Assembly: GCA_963693365.1 (NCBI GenBank) | Contig: CAVNZM010000002.1 | Span: 10,224,328-10,288,327 of the forward strand | Length of the DNA stretch: 64,000 bases | Source of the DNA: Amoebidium appalachense | Lineage: Eukaryota > Protista > Ichthyosporea | Direction of reading: 5' to 3' | Part shown: positions 38,372 to 60,300 of the stretch, in pieces | Position numbering within the stretch: position 1 is the first letter of the stretch | Layout: each line of letters begins with the position of its first letter | Notes under the pieces: generated by a model | Databases searched by the model: none | Told to the model about the DNA's origin: nothing | The model's input: the letters and a program-made list of their open reading frames with translations, nothing else | Made by a program: the position numbers and the translations under genes

Positions 38372-40336
38372 CTATCTGCTGACATACCGTTGCAACAGGG
38401 AGCCTTTGGTGCCGTATACGAAGCCACCGACTCTTCCGGTAACGTGTTTGCCTGCAAGGTGATGGAGAAGGCAAAGTTTTCGGCCAAAAACCACATAAAG
38501 GTAATGTTTGGGTGATAAAACAGTAGAAGGGGTGTGCACTTGGGAGTTATAATTACACGTGTTTTTGTTGTGTTCGTGGCATATGTTATTTGCAGTTCGT
38601 TATTCATTTACTGCAGGAAGAGGGGAGGGAGGGACGACGACAAGCATGTGCGGGTGTGTATGCATATGTGTGTGTGCATGTCTGCGTGTGGATGTGATTG
38701 TTGCGACTGTTCTTTAATATAGGGCAAAGATGATGATGCAAAGGGAAAATTTATGCCAAAAAGGTGATGTCGGGAGGGTAGAGATGTTGTATGAGATTAG
38801 GAAGTAGGCACTGCGGCTGTGTGTAGCTGCGCCAAGGGGGGGAAGGGGGAGACTGAAGGAGAAAACATGAAGGCAGAGAATAGAACCTTTTTGTGTGTGT
38901 TTACTTATTTTGCAAGATGATCTTATGCAGATGCGTGCCGAGATGAAGATCCACCGGGGCATCAACCACCGGCACATTGTTAAGATGCACCAGGACTATG
39001 AGGACACACACTATGTCTACCTGGTCTTGGAGCTGTGCCCAAACGAGGTGTGTGGGGGTGGGGTTTGGGGGGATGTGGGGGTGGATGGGTGGGGAGCAGA
39101 GAGGATAGTAGGATGGATAAGCATGCTAGCACAGGTTTTATGATAGAGAGTTGACCTGGGTGGTTGTCGGGTAAGTGTGTGTGTGCAAGATCCACGAATG
39201 TTCATACACGGGCAGGTGTGTGTAGTTGTTGTGTAGTTGTTGCGTTCACAACTTACAAAAAACCAGAAGTGTGGGTGTGGGTGGGTGTGCGCTGGTGTGT
39301 GCATGCGCATGCGCGAGGGGATGAAGCAGATGCGGGCGGGGAGGGGGAGGGGGGGGGGTATAGGCCTGGGGTATTGGATTTGAGCATACAGGAGCAATGA
39401 GAAGGTCATGGCTTTATATGGCTAATCGGATTAACTATCCACCAATCAGACGGTTGCGGACATGCTCAAGCGGCGCAAGACCCTGCAGGAGGTGGAGGTG
39501 CGCCTGTTTATGGCCCAGGTGGTGTCGGCACTAATGGTACGTGCACACACACACACGTACACGTACACGTACACGTACACGTACACGTACACGTACACAC
39601 GTACACGTACACATTTGTGTCTGCATGCCAGGTGGGGCAAAAGTTACTCGACGAGCAAAGGCACCGGGATGCACACATTAGGGCATGAGTGCGTGGGCTG
39701 GTGTGTGACTCATTTGGTGGTGGTGGTTTGGGGGGTTGGGAGGGATGCGGCAGGCGGGTTGCATGAACGGAACAGTGTTAGTGTTCAGGTCCGATGGTGA
39801 TCAGTACACAGTAGCCTTCCCCCTCCCCCCCCCCCCCTCCCTACCTCCCCCGGTCGCAAATAGAAAAAGGGCCTTTCCTAACAGCTTCTCGGGGTGCCCC
39901 TTCAAGAGACTCTTCTCTCTCTCCTCCCCTCCTCCTCCCCCCCCCCCCCCCCCCCCCCCTTCCATCTCGTTCTCTCTTTTTCTTTGTCTTCCTCCCATGC
40001 ATGTGCACACAGTACCTGCACGACAACAACATTGTGCACCGTGACCTCAAGCCAGGCAACATCCTATTGGACGCAAACATGGACGTCAAGATATGCGACC
40101 TGGGATTGGCCGCAACAGTGAATGCCGGCCACCAAAGAAGGTAAGAATTCGAGCTTTCTGATTGGTTTGAATATCGGTTAGTAGACTGTATAGTGGGAAA
40201 GTAGGCTGTAGTGTAGAATAGGGTGGATAGTGTAGTAAAGGGTTTCGATGTTTGGTCGTGTGTGTGCCTGTACACAGAGATGCAGGGTTTTTTTTGTTTG
40301 TTTGTTTGTTTGTTTTTTTTTTTTTTTTGTGGTTGT

Positions 40337-40368
<32 letters not shown>

Positions 40369-40686
40369 CGTACGTATTTTCCCAACCCCCCCACCCCCCC
40401 ACCCACCCAGCCCGCTGCGTAATTCCACTCAAATGTTTGATGAGTATCTACTAACTGACTTCCTTAACCCTTCCCCCCAAATCACACAAACATGCCTTAT
40501 TCAGAACATTCTGCGGCACACCCAACTTCATCTCTCCCGAGGTTTTGGACAAAGTCGGCCACGGGTTCGAGGTCGACATTTGGGCCATCGGTGTCATCAT
40601 GTAAGCCTATTTCCCCTCCCCTCTCCCCTCCGCCCCAAAAAAATAAAAAGAAAGAAGGAAAAGAAAAGAGAAGAAAAGAAAGAACA

Positions 40687-40740
<54 letters not shown>

Positions 40741-40926
40741 CACACATGCACACTAGATCTAATTCTTCTGATTCCTGTTTCTCTCTTCTTCCATTTTTTC
40801 CTGTGCATTCTCCCTGCCAAGTCAACAAAAAATGTAAAAAGGAAGCGAATTGGTGGAAGACGCCCACGCCCATGCCCAAAGGGACCCTGAGTGTGGTTTG
40901 TTATCCACGGCTGTCGTTAGGACGGG

Positions 40927-41013
<87 letters not shown>

Positions 41014-41364
41014 CGGGCGTGTGTGTGTTGATGGTGGTGGTGGTGTGTGTGTGTGGGGGGGGGGGGGGGGGGGGGGGGGGGTATTGCGATACGGGAAACC
41101 AATCTCTTTTTTCTTGCTCCTTTAACGAGAGGAATGCAGGGTACTCTAAATGACCTTTATTTTTTGTGCTGTGTGGGTGTATGCTTGTGTTGTGCGGGTG
41201 TGCGTTGTTGTGTAATATGCTCAACCTGCCCTCCCAAATGTTCCTTGCAGGTACACGTTGATCATAGGCACCCCACCGTTTCAGTCCAAGGACAAGGATG
41301 AGACCATCAAACTCATCAGCGACCCACACTTCAAATACCACGTGCCTGACTCCGTGCCACAGGT

Positions 41365-41407
<43 letters not shown>

Positions 41408-41635
41408 TGTGTGTTGCTGTTGGGGGAGGGGGCGGCATGGGTGTGGGTGTGGGTGGGTGGAAGAGAGGGAGGAGTGGGCAAGGGACATGCGTGCGTGCAT
41501 GCGGCATATCAACTTCCTTCCTCGAATTTTCTTTTACCATGAATGAATGGGGGGGGGGGGGGGGGGGGGTGGAACGTATGTTTTTGTGTGTTCGTGCTGT
41601 ATCGTTGTATCTGGTACATACCCTTTTTATCCCCC

Positions 41636-41682
<47 letters not shown>

Positions 41683-42735
41683 ACACACATACACACCACT
41701 GCCACCACACACGCGCGCCAGGCACGCACACACACACACAAACCTCACAATCCCTCACACATTATCTTTCACTCCCATTCACACACACACACACACACAC
41801 ACACCTTGCAGCATGCCAGGCAGGTGTTTGACAGTGCGCTGCAAAGGGACCGCACCCTGCGGCCATCAGCAGAGAAGATTCTAGACTTTGCCTTCTTCAC
41901 TGACGGCATGGTGCCCTCAAAGGTCCCCATAGAGGCCCTGCATAGGGACCCAAAGGTGATTTTCCTGCCCTCTCCTTACCCTTTCAAACACTGTGATCCA
42001 CACAGAGGGGGGAGAACAGGGATTGGAGGGGGGTGGAGTCAGAGTGAAAGAGAGAGAGAGTGTGTGTGTGTGTCTTGTGTTTTTTCTGTTTGTGTATCAC
42101 CGGACACAACGCCCGCAGTATCGCAGTATAACCATGCGACAACCCCCCCCCCCCCCCCCCGGTTTTTAATTCCACGCACAACCTCTTTCCTTTAACTATT
42201 CCCCTGTAATAGTTGCAAATACGTTCATAGTGCATGTATCTTTCAGACACTGACTCATTTTCTCGCACTGTTTCGTCCGGCCTACTCAATTTGTTTGCCA
42301 ACTCGCCATTTCAATCAGATCACTCGAATTCCATGAGTAGCCACGCACCGCCATCGATCAACTGATCACCCATACATCGCGCACAACCATATAAGGCTAA
42401 TCACTGACCCATCCGACCAATCACAAACAGTACACCCCCGACATGCTCGTGCCGTTCACGTCCATGGCCCCCCGTCTGGCCATGCGTGATTCAACCAATA
42501 GCGTCGACCCATCCAGGCCCTCCCTAAATAAGGCAATGGCTGCTAGGGCTGTCAGGCAGAGACGACCACTGTTACAGGTGGGTGGGTGGGTGTTTGGGGG
42601 GGGGGAGGGGGGGGGGGGGGGGGGGGTAAGAGAAGGGAGGGAGATGGGGGGCGAATGCTAAGGGAATATGGAGGGAGATGGGAAAGGATAGGGTAGGTTA
42701 AGAGGAATGGGAGGAAGGGAGATGGGTGTGTGTGT

Positions 42736-42768
<33 letters not shown>

Positions 42769-43147
42769 TCGTTGATGGAAAACTTTGAATGTGATGGTTG
42801 GCAAGGGCGAAGGAGTTCGGGGATGAGAGAAGGGCTGTGTTAGAGCTATTTGCGAGGGATTATAGATGGATTGAAAGGAAATGGGGGGGGAGGGGGGGGG
42901 GCAGTCTTTGCAATAAAGCTAGCAATATCTACAGACTTTGTCATTGCGTTTTAAGTTTGGTAATGGTGGTTTTGAGGGGAGAAGGGGGGAGACACTTTAG
43001 ATGCGCCTGTGGAACTATTGGACTACACCGAGATTCTGGCTGCATTTCCATGGACACCCCGGCCGGCACATTTTTGAGGACACGCACAAGCACACACAAG
43101 TTCTTGCAAGTATACTTACGCTCACTCACTCACACTTACTCACTGAC

Positions 43148-43200
<53 letters not shown>

Positions 43201-44617
43201 GTGTTTGCAGAACGCCAACAACGCTGCACAAGAGAACAATCAAGAAAACCAACCCGCCCCTGCTACTGCAACTCTGGCCCCCGCACCGACAACCACCGTG
43301 GCACATGCGCACATCCAAAAACCACGCCGGGTGGTTCCAGAATCATCTGCGGCTCCTCCTGTAGCCAGTCACATCGCTCCGCCGGTGCAACCAGTGCGAG
43401 CTGCCGTCCCCACCGCCCAATCGTCTGTCCCCGTTTCGCAGCCCGCAAACCAATGGCAGCCCGCAAGGGCGGCGCCGGTAGCCAATCAGGCGCAAGAGAA
43501 GGACGAGGGTGTCTTTAAGAGGCCACTGCCCGTGGCCCAGCCGGTTAGGCAGATGCAGTCCCAGCAGCAGAAGGGGGTGACGTCACTGCCTGTTAGGAAG
43601 ACAGTGCAGGTGGGTGTGGGGGGGGGGGAGGGGGGAGGGGGTGGGTTGTCTATGTGCGGTGTGTGCTTATTGGATATTGGTTTTGGTTGTGGTCGCTGGG
43701 GCGTGGGTTGTGGCTAGCTCGCCAACTCACCCACCCGCACGCACACACACACACATACACATTCAGGCCGTCCCTCCTCAAGCTCCCGCCCCTACCGCTG
43801 CGCCTACCCAAGCCCCACCCACTGCTCCTGTCCCGGCCCCGGCCCCGGCCCACCGCACACAGACAGCAACAGAACCCACTCCCCTCCCCGTTTCTGCCCC
43901 TGTTAATACGTTGCGCGCTCTCCCCACAACCGCACCCGCCCCTGCCCCCGTTCCTGCCCCGGCGCCATCGACCGTGCAACCGGAGGCAGTGTTTGTTGGT
44001 GGGGACAGGATGGATAAGGTGTTTGAGAGGAAAAACTACCAGCATGCAGAGAGGCAGGAGCCCAGGCAGGAATACTTGGTGGTCGAGCATGACGGGTGTG
44101 TGCTTGGACAGTTTTTGGCCTGCTCCTCCCCCCCCCCCCTCCTTCCTTTCCTTTCCTTTCCTTTCCCTTCCCTTTCCCGGTTCGCTCTCTCTCCCTCTCT
44201 TTCTCTCCCTCTCTTCTGTCCCTTTCCCTCCCCTCTTCCCCCCCCCCCCCCCCCCCCCCCCCAACAACAACAACAACAACAACAAAAACCCTTTCTCTCT
44301 CTTTCTGCCTCACAACTGCGCTTCTACACATGCTCACATCACATGTAATTTGAAGGAGAGCCTAGCCAATGAGCCTGAATAAATTGGTTTACTGTCCCTG
44401 CTTTTGCTGTGTGTCTGTGTGTGTGTTTGGGGGGGGGGGGGGGGGGGGGTGACTTTTATGGATGTGTCATTTGACACCGTCACATACCCCTCGTGTGCTT
44501 CTAACCATATACCCTTGTAATGCCACATGACATCTCCCCCCCCCCCCCATCCCCTCTCCCTACACCACTTCATCACAAAATACACACGGTTCACCCCACC
44601 AACACCATCACACACCC

Positions 44618-44673
<56 letters not shown>

Positions 44674-44793
44674 GAGGCTGCTGCGCATGCGATGCTGGTG
44701 CAGGCCGGGCGGTTGTTGGAGCAGACGGCAGCCCAACGATCAGACACCCTGCAGCCAGGTGTGTGTGTGTGTGTGTAAACATCACGGACGGGT

Positions 44794-44824
<31 letters not shown>

Positions 44825-44994
44825 TAATGGAAAACCTCTATTGTGAGCATCTGGTAATTTGCTGGTTCTGACAAGCCTCCTCCTCCTCCCCTCCCCTTCT
44901 CCGGCCCGTGCACGTGCGTTTGTATGGTATTTCCACACAAACGTACACAAACACATCCACTTAGCCCATATGCACCATATCATTCTCCTAACTC

Positions 44995-45025
<31 letters not shown>

Positions 45026-45354
45026 ATCCCTATTTTTCCCCTGGGATAGCCACCAGACAGCCATATAGCACGTGTATGCCATACCAAACATATCAGCCAT
45101 CTAGTCTGACGTGTGTTTACGCCACAAAACCTCTAAACGATGTAGTCTAACATGGTTTACACCCTACAAAACATGATTGCAGACCGGCCCATGGCGATTC
45201 TCGATCCACCCCCCCTTCTGTGGGTGTCACGGTGGCTAGACTACAGCTACAAGTACGGCCTGAGCTACCAACTGAGCGATGGCACCGTGGGAGTGGTCTT
45301 TGTCGACAACACCCAGATTGTCTTGAGCCCACAGAGGGAGTGTGTGACCCTCCA

Positions 45355-45385
<31 letters not shown>

Positions 45386-46368
45386 GAAACACAAAAACAT
45401 CCACACATAAATTCATGCCGCATGAATACACACACGCACATGCGCATGAAGACTGATGATACCAAATCACACCGCATATTTTTATGTTTGCAAAGACCTC
45501 CTTCTCCCCCCTCCCTCCCCACCACACCCCCCCACCCCCCCCCAACCCCCCCCCCCCCACCCCCACCCCCTCTCCCCGCATGTGGCATGAACACGGTTGG
45601 TTTAAAACATTTCTTGCACTATTTTCAAAACTCACCACCCAGAGAAGTCGTGAGGGGTTGGGGGGTTGGGGGGGGGTGGGACAGGTGATTATCTCTGTTC
45701 CGCGGGGAGAGGGGGGGGGGGGGGGGGGGGGCAGCCACATTGCGGACCTGTTGATTTTGGGGGGCCCAATAGTGTTGTTGAGTACACGGACGAGAAGCAG
45801 CAGCTGGTGGTGGCGGCAACTAACAGCCCCCCCGAGGGGGTGGCCAAGAAATTCAAGCTGCTGGACCACTTCCGCCAGTACATGAGCGAAAATCTGCTTA
45901 TGGTAAGAATCCCCCCCCCCCCCTCCCCCCCCCCTTCCCCCTTCTCTCCTCCTGGATAACTCGAACTCCTCAGGATATGTTGCATGCTTTTGTTGGGTTC
46001 TTTGTGTCTTGTACGTCATACTTCGTCAGATATGGAGCACAAGTTGGGCTGTCCCTTTGGGTCCTTTTCTTATTTCTTTCCCCAATACTCCTACTTATCC
46101 TTGTTCGTTTTCCATTTTTAAATTTGGTTTATTGATTTTATTTTCTAATTTTTGCCGTCGTGCAGGGTGGAGTGGGCATTCCAGCTGTCGATGCAGCTAA
46201 TCGGGAGCGGGCACGAAACTTTGTGCGGGTCTACGAGTGGGCCCGGTCAGAGACGGCCATGGTGTTCCACCTCACAAACGGTGTATTGCAGGTGTGATTT
46301 TAAATCTCTTAACTACCACCGCCACCACCACCACTATTATCACAACACAGAAAGGAACATGCATACAA

Positions 46369-46463
<95 letters not shown>

Positions 46464-46627
46464 ACCACCACCACCACCACCCCTAACGAACCAAGAACCC
46501 AACCAACAGAAGAAAAAAAAATGAAAAGGGAACGGGGCGGACTGGCTTTTTAGACTCTTCCCCCTCTCCCCTTTATCCTCCCGCGGATCTTTCTTGCAAC
46601 TACATGCCCATCAACACAGGAACACTG

Positions 46628-46678
<51 letters not shown>

Positions 46679-46947
46679 CTCAACTTCTTCGACCACGCCA
46701 AGATTGTTGTGTCTGTGACCAACCACCTTGTGACTTTTATTCCCATCGAGGCACCCTGCCAGACATACCGCCTGGCAGACATTACAAGGTGCACCAGCCC
46801 CCCCCCCCCCCCCCCCCCCCCCGCCCCTCTCCATGTGCCCAAAGACACACATGCACAGCTCTGATACAAGACGAATGGATTGTGTACATACCTTTCCAAA
46901 CCTGCCCGTCTTCCCTATCCCCCTCCCCCCTCACCCCCCACCCACCC

Positions 46948-47000
<53 letters not shown>

Positions 47001-47212
47001 CATCCCTCTTCTCCCTTTTGCCTCTTGCCCCTTATTCAAAATCAACATGAGCACACCGTTGCACATGCATACAGAAACGCATGCACGCATTCGCGCGCAC
47101 ACGCACGCACACCAGGAAGTCTTGAAGAGGACAGGAATGACGTTGTGCACTTGTTCTCCCCTTCTCCTTTCGCGTCCCGCTTCCCCCCCACCCCACCCAT
47201 CCACCCACCCAC

Positions 47213-47260
<48 letters not shown>

Positions 47261-47432
47261 CCCACCAATCACTTCTTCCGTTACCACACGCTCACACGTA
47301 CACACACACAAACACACACACGCGTGTGTACACAGGGAGAACTACCCCGAGCTGCATGCACGGCTGCGGCACCTCCGTAGCCACGTGGGCCACCTGCTCC
47401 AACGCAACAAGAATGAGGCCCAGGCACACTGA
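37458..47432 (+). CDS. PLK1: Polo-like kinase (PLK1/Cdc5 type: kinase domain plus two polo boxes); 17 exons, ~826 aa
   Basis: Exons 37458-37571, 38399-38500, 38931-39047, 39450-39536, 40013-40140, 40505-40600, 41251-41362, 41812-41955, 42431-42577, 43211-43609, 43767-44095, 44673-44758, 45183-45339, 45773-45902, 46166-46291, 46679-46788, 47336-47432; total 2481 nt, in frame. Kinase motifs [32 protein letters not shown] and [14 protein letters not shown]. Polo box 1 [27 protein letters not shown]; polo box 2 [13 protein letters not shown] (His/Lys pincer). The symbol denotes the PLK1-3/Cdc5 group, not proven orthology. Confidence 0.95.
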
Positions 47433-49690
47433 GGGGGTCTTTTTTTTTTTTTTTTTTTTTTTTTTCCCTTTATTTTTTTCCCTTTATTTTTTTTGGACTT
47501 CAAGGTTTCACCGCCACAACTTGAAATAGTATGCACGGTATACTGGGGATAGATATAAACGAGAGGACCGTATACCACGTGGCGGGGAGGGGGGAGGGGG
47601 GCGACATTTTTGCCGGTTTCAGACCCCCTGTGTGTTGGAGGGGGGTTTTGGTGGCCAGGCGTCTCTTTAGGCGGTTTTTTTTTTTTTGGGGGGGGGGGGG
47701 GGGGGGTTGACGCTCGGAAACGGGGGCATATCACGGAGTATATGTGCCTTTTTAGTTTGATTATTATCATTGTTCTTGTTCCTATTTTGGGGGGGGGGAG
47801 GGAGGGAGGGAGGGAGGAGGGTCTGGAGGATTATATCAGAGTGAACAAAGCACAGCACAGAATATGTGCCATGGCAGCTATGAGTCAGACCAATATGTCA
47901 TGTGTGATATTGGATTCCAAGTGGGTTTGCTGCGTCCTTTTCTTGTTTATTCTTTTTTTTTCCTTTTGTTTTTCACATTTCTGTTGCGGTCCCTACTAAA
48001 GTAAGTTCAAGGTTAAATGTAACCAACCCTATTATAAAGTACATATCATCACAGCGATGGTCTTAATATAAGGACCTTGATGTCTAATAATAAATCGCGC
48101 CACAGATGGTGCATGCAGCTGGAGCTATCAATTTCAGTTTTGCAAGGCTTAGCACGTCGGTCGTGTCGTTCTTTGAGTGTGTGGGTGGGAGGATGGGGTT
48201 GGGGGAGAGAGGAAGGGGGTAAGATATGGGTGATATGCGAAAGAACATGTTCTGTTGGAAACTGTACATGTTTTACACGAAACAAGTCTAAACACAAAAA
48301 CCAAAACATGGAACACATATTGTCAAAGAAAAAAAAGAGAGAGAGAGAGAGAGAAAAACAACAGGGCTATATTTAAGCCAATAATTAGAGTATGTGTACC
48401 ATAGCCGGTGCCCTGTGCGTGCCATGCACATGATGTGCACATCGGATTGCGCTTCATGCCGTGATGCCATAACTACTCAGCTAATATTAATATCAGGAAC
48501 TGAAAGAAGTACCCCCCCCCCCCCCCCCCCCCCCCCCGCCCCGCGGGCCCCAACCCCCCAACCAATCACCACCACCACTCTCTCTCTCTTTCTCTCCGCC
48601 TCGAGGCTCTCGAGCCCTCTTTCGCATCTCCCTCTCGCGAGGCCTCTCGAGCTTCTTCTCTCCGTTCATGATCAAGAGAAACTCTCTCTCTCTTCACTAG
48701 ATCTCTCCCTCTCTCGAGCTCTCTCTCAAACTCTCTCTCTCTCAAGCTCTCTCTGTGTGTGTCTCCAAGGCTCTTAATTGCAAGTCTCTCTCACACAGCG
48801 CCGAGTCGGCGGCCGGACTGGCCGGACCACGGCCCTCTGGTGTTCAACTCCAAGTGCAACTCAACTGTCAGTGGACCAGCTGAGCACTACAAAGCGGACG
48901 GACTCGTTTACTCGTTTATTGATGGAATGTGCGAGTGTTGTTGCTGATTGGCTTATCGAAGAAACGTTCCAAGTGTACTCCCACCATCTGACGTCATAAA
49001 TTGACCTTCAATCCCAAAGCTTGGCAACTAGCAAAGTGTTTATTGTTTAGACTACTGTACGCTGTTGACACCTGCAACGCCTTCGTAAGCAACAGAGTGT
49101 TTCTCAGTGTGGCGGACTTGAGGTGAAAAGCATGAAATAACCTCTGCAGAGATAGCACACCTTTTGTAACTTTTTTTCAAAGTTCGTGTTGCACAATACA
49201 CCAAGCAGAAGCATTAATAGTGGCATCCCTCGGCTTGCTATCTCGTTCTCGAAGACTTTTAGCGCAGGGAAGCATTGTTTGTCTCCACTTGTCTGCACTT
49301 GTATAAACTTCATACAACCCCTTTTATGGAACTTCAGGGGCCGCCACTATCCGGTGCGTTTTTTTGTTTTCTCTCTCAAGATAATAGTTTGCATAAAAGT
49401 CATTTTTTATGCGTACAGAATTGCTCAGACACCGATTATAGGGGCGTTTGTAGACGATAAGATCGTTTCAGCAGACGAGAGCCCAGTCTGAGAGGTGCGA
49501 GCCCAACAAAAATGGGTGCCCACATCAAAACACATAACAGCCAACTTCATAGCTTCTGACTCAGTGTTAATAGAACGGACAAAAGAGCACGTAAGAACGC
49601 CTGCAACCACACACGCACACAGATCTGAGCAGGCTGAACATAGGCCCACTAAGAGGAGGATTGAAAGCACCAAAAGAAAGGCGATAAGGC

Positions 49691-58059
<8,369 letters not shown>

Positions 58060-58750
58060 TACGCAGTCGCAAATGAACTTTAGCAGTATTTGATGGCGAA
58101 GACCAGTATTTTCCATAATTTCTTCATATGTTAAACGCACGATTCAATGAAACTTTAAAAGGAGGTTGCCAACCGTATGTAATCAAAGCTAATATCGATG
58201 AATCTGACGTTGAGATGACGAATTCAAGTCGCGTCTCGAAATGCCAATTTAGACCTTAGGTAACGTTTCAGGATTATCGTGGTTGGAAAAACGGGGGGGG
58301 GGGGGGGGGGGGGAGGGGGGGGAAGGGAGGGGCTGATTTAGGATTAGGTTTCAAGTTTCCCCCTCGTGTTTCGCTTGCAAACCTCTTCCAAATTCATGTT
58401 CTTCCGTGATGATTCCTCTGTTAGGTTATATATGTGTTATGAAGCGAATGATAACGAATGTACGGATGTGTAGGACTGTATCGAATCGGATGCTAATGGG
58501 GACGATGTAGGCTCCGTTTGAGCCTGGTAGGTCTGCGGTGCCATGGTCACTGCGATAGTAAGAGCCAGTATATGCAAGAAGTGCTTACGTAATGTAGGGG
58601 CGAACCACATATGTTGAGAAGAAAGGTCTGAAGAATCTACGAAAGTGCGGATGGTCATGGCTTCTGATGATCCCAGCTACATGCGCAGGCAGCCGGGTAA
58701 GATAATACATACTGCCTATCATTTATGTACTGTTGCAACTTTCTTCCTTG

Positions 58751-59175
58751 AGGGCCCAACCACATCGGCTGAGTCAACTTGCTCCGAGCAGAATTATCCT
58801 GCAAAAGGCAGAATTGTTCTGCCAAAAGCAGAATCATTCTGGGAAAACCAGAATTACTCTGCAAAAGCAGAAACAATCTGCTAAAAGCACAATCATTCTG
58901 CAAAAGCAGAATCAATCTGCTAAAAGCAGAGTCAATCTGCAAACACCAGAATCAATCTGCTAAAAGCAGAATTATTCTGCTAGAAGCAGAATTATTCTAC
59001 TGTCGAAAGCAGAATGATTCTGCTTTTACCAGAATGATTCTGCTTAAAGCAGAGTGGTTCTGCTGCAGAGCGATTCTGCTTTTTGCAGAATAATTCTGCT
59101 TTTTGCAGAGAAATTCCGCTTTTGCAGAATGATCCTGCTTTTCGCACGTTGACTCTGCCGATGTGGTTGGGTCCT
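58751..59175. mobile_element. Non-autonomous TIR element (MITE/foldback-like), copy 1, 425 bp
   Basis: 28-bp TIRs agggcccaaccacatcggctgagtcaac (58751-58778) and gttgactctgccgatgtggttgggtcct (59148-59175), with 2 mismatches. Flanking direct repeat tccttg at 58745-58750 and 59176-59181. The interior consists of ~21-bp AAAAGCAGAATxxTTCTGC subrepeats that invert past the midpoint. Confidence 0.88.
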
Positions 59176-59299
59176 TCCTTGCTGGCCGCATGATGATGCT
59201 TAACCATGTGTAATGGCGTAGCAGAGGTTAAATTCTGTTACATTTATATTGTAAACGTTGTGGTGTTGGTGGTGGGTGGGATGTGGGTTGGTGCGAAGG

Positions 59300-59349
<50 letters not shown>

Positions 59350-59401
59350 CGGATAATATGTTGAGGCTGTGTGATTTGTTTGTGTGCTTGTGTGTGTGCG
59401 T

Positions 59402-59471
<70 letters not shown>

Positions 59472-59575
59472 ATGCGTGTCTGTGTGCGTTCGTGTGCTTT
59501 CGTGTGCTTGCGCGTTGTAGTGCAAATGTATATATATGTGCACGTATTTTTGTACTGTTGCAACTTTCTTCCTTG

Positions 59576-60000
59576 AGGGCCCAACCACATCGGCTGAGTC
59601 AACTTGCTCCGAGCAGAATTATCCTGCAAAAGGCAGAATTGTTCTGCAAAAAGCAGAATCATTCTGGGAAAACCAGAATTACTCTGCAAAAGCAGAAACA
59701 ATCTGCTAAAAGCACAATCATTCTGCAAAAGCAGAATCAATCTGCTAAAAGCAGAGTCAATCTGCAAACACCAGAATCAATCTGCTAAAAGCAGAATTAT
59801 TCTGCTAGAAGCAGAATTATTCTACTGTCGAAAGCAGAATGATTCTGCTTTTACCAGAATGATTCTGCTTAAAGCAGAGTGGTTCTGCTGCAGAGCGATT
59901 CTGCTTTTTGCAGAATAATTCTGCTTTTTGCAGAGAAATTCCGCTTTTGCAGAATGATCCTGCTTTTCGCACGTTGACTCTGCCGATGTGGTTGGGTCCT
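59576..60000. mobile_element. Non-autonomous TIR element (MITE/foldback-like), copy 2
   Basis: Same TIRs, same tccttg flanks (59570-59575, 60001-60006) and same surrounding sequence as copy 1, so it arose by segmental duplication rather than independent insertion. Confidence 0.88.
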
Positions 60001-60124
60001 TCCTTGCTGGCCGCATGATGATGCTTAACCATGTGTAATGGCGTAGCAGAGGTTAAATTCTGTTACATTTATATTGTAAACGTTGTGGTGTTGGTGGTGG
60101 GTGGGATGTGGGTTGGTGCGAAGG

Positions 60125-60164
<40 letters not shown>

Positions 60165-60216
60165 CGGATAATATGTTGAGGCTGTGTGATTTGTTTGTGT
60201 GCTTGTGTGTGTGCGT

Positions 60217-60300
<84 letters not shown>

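Noticed and set aside
58779-59147. 21-bp palindromic repeats read as a CRISPR array or as repeat proteins (ORFs 58779-59093, 59604-59918)
   Set aside because: No spacers; the repeats are enclosed by TIRs and a TSD, so they are better explained as MITE internal subrepeats.
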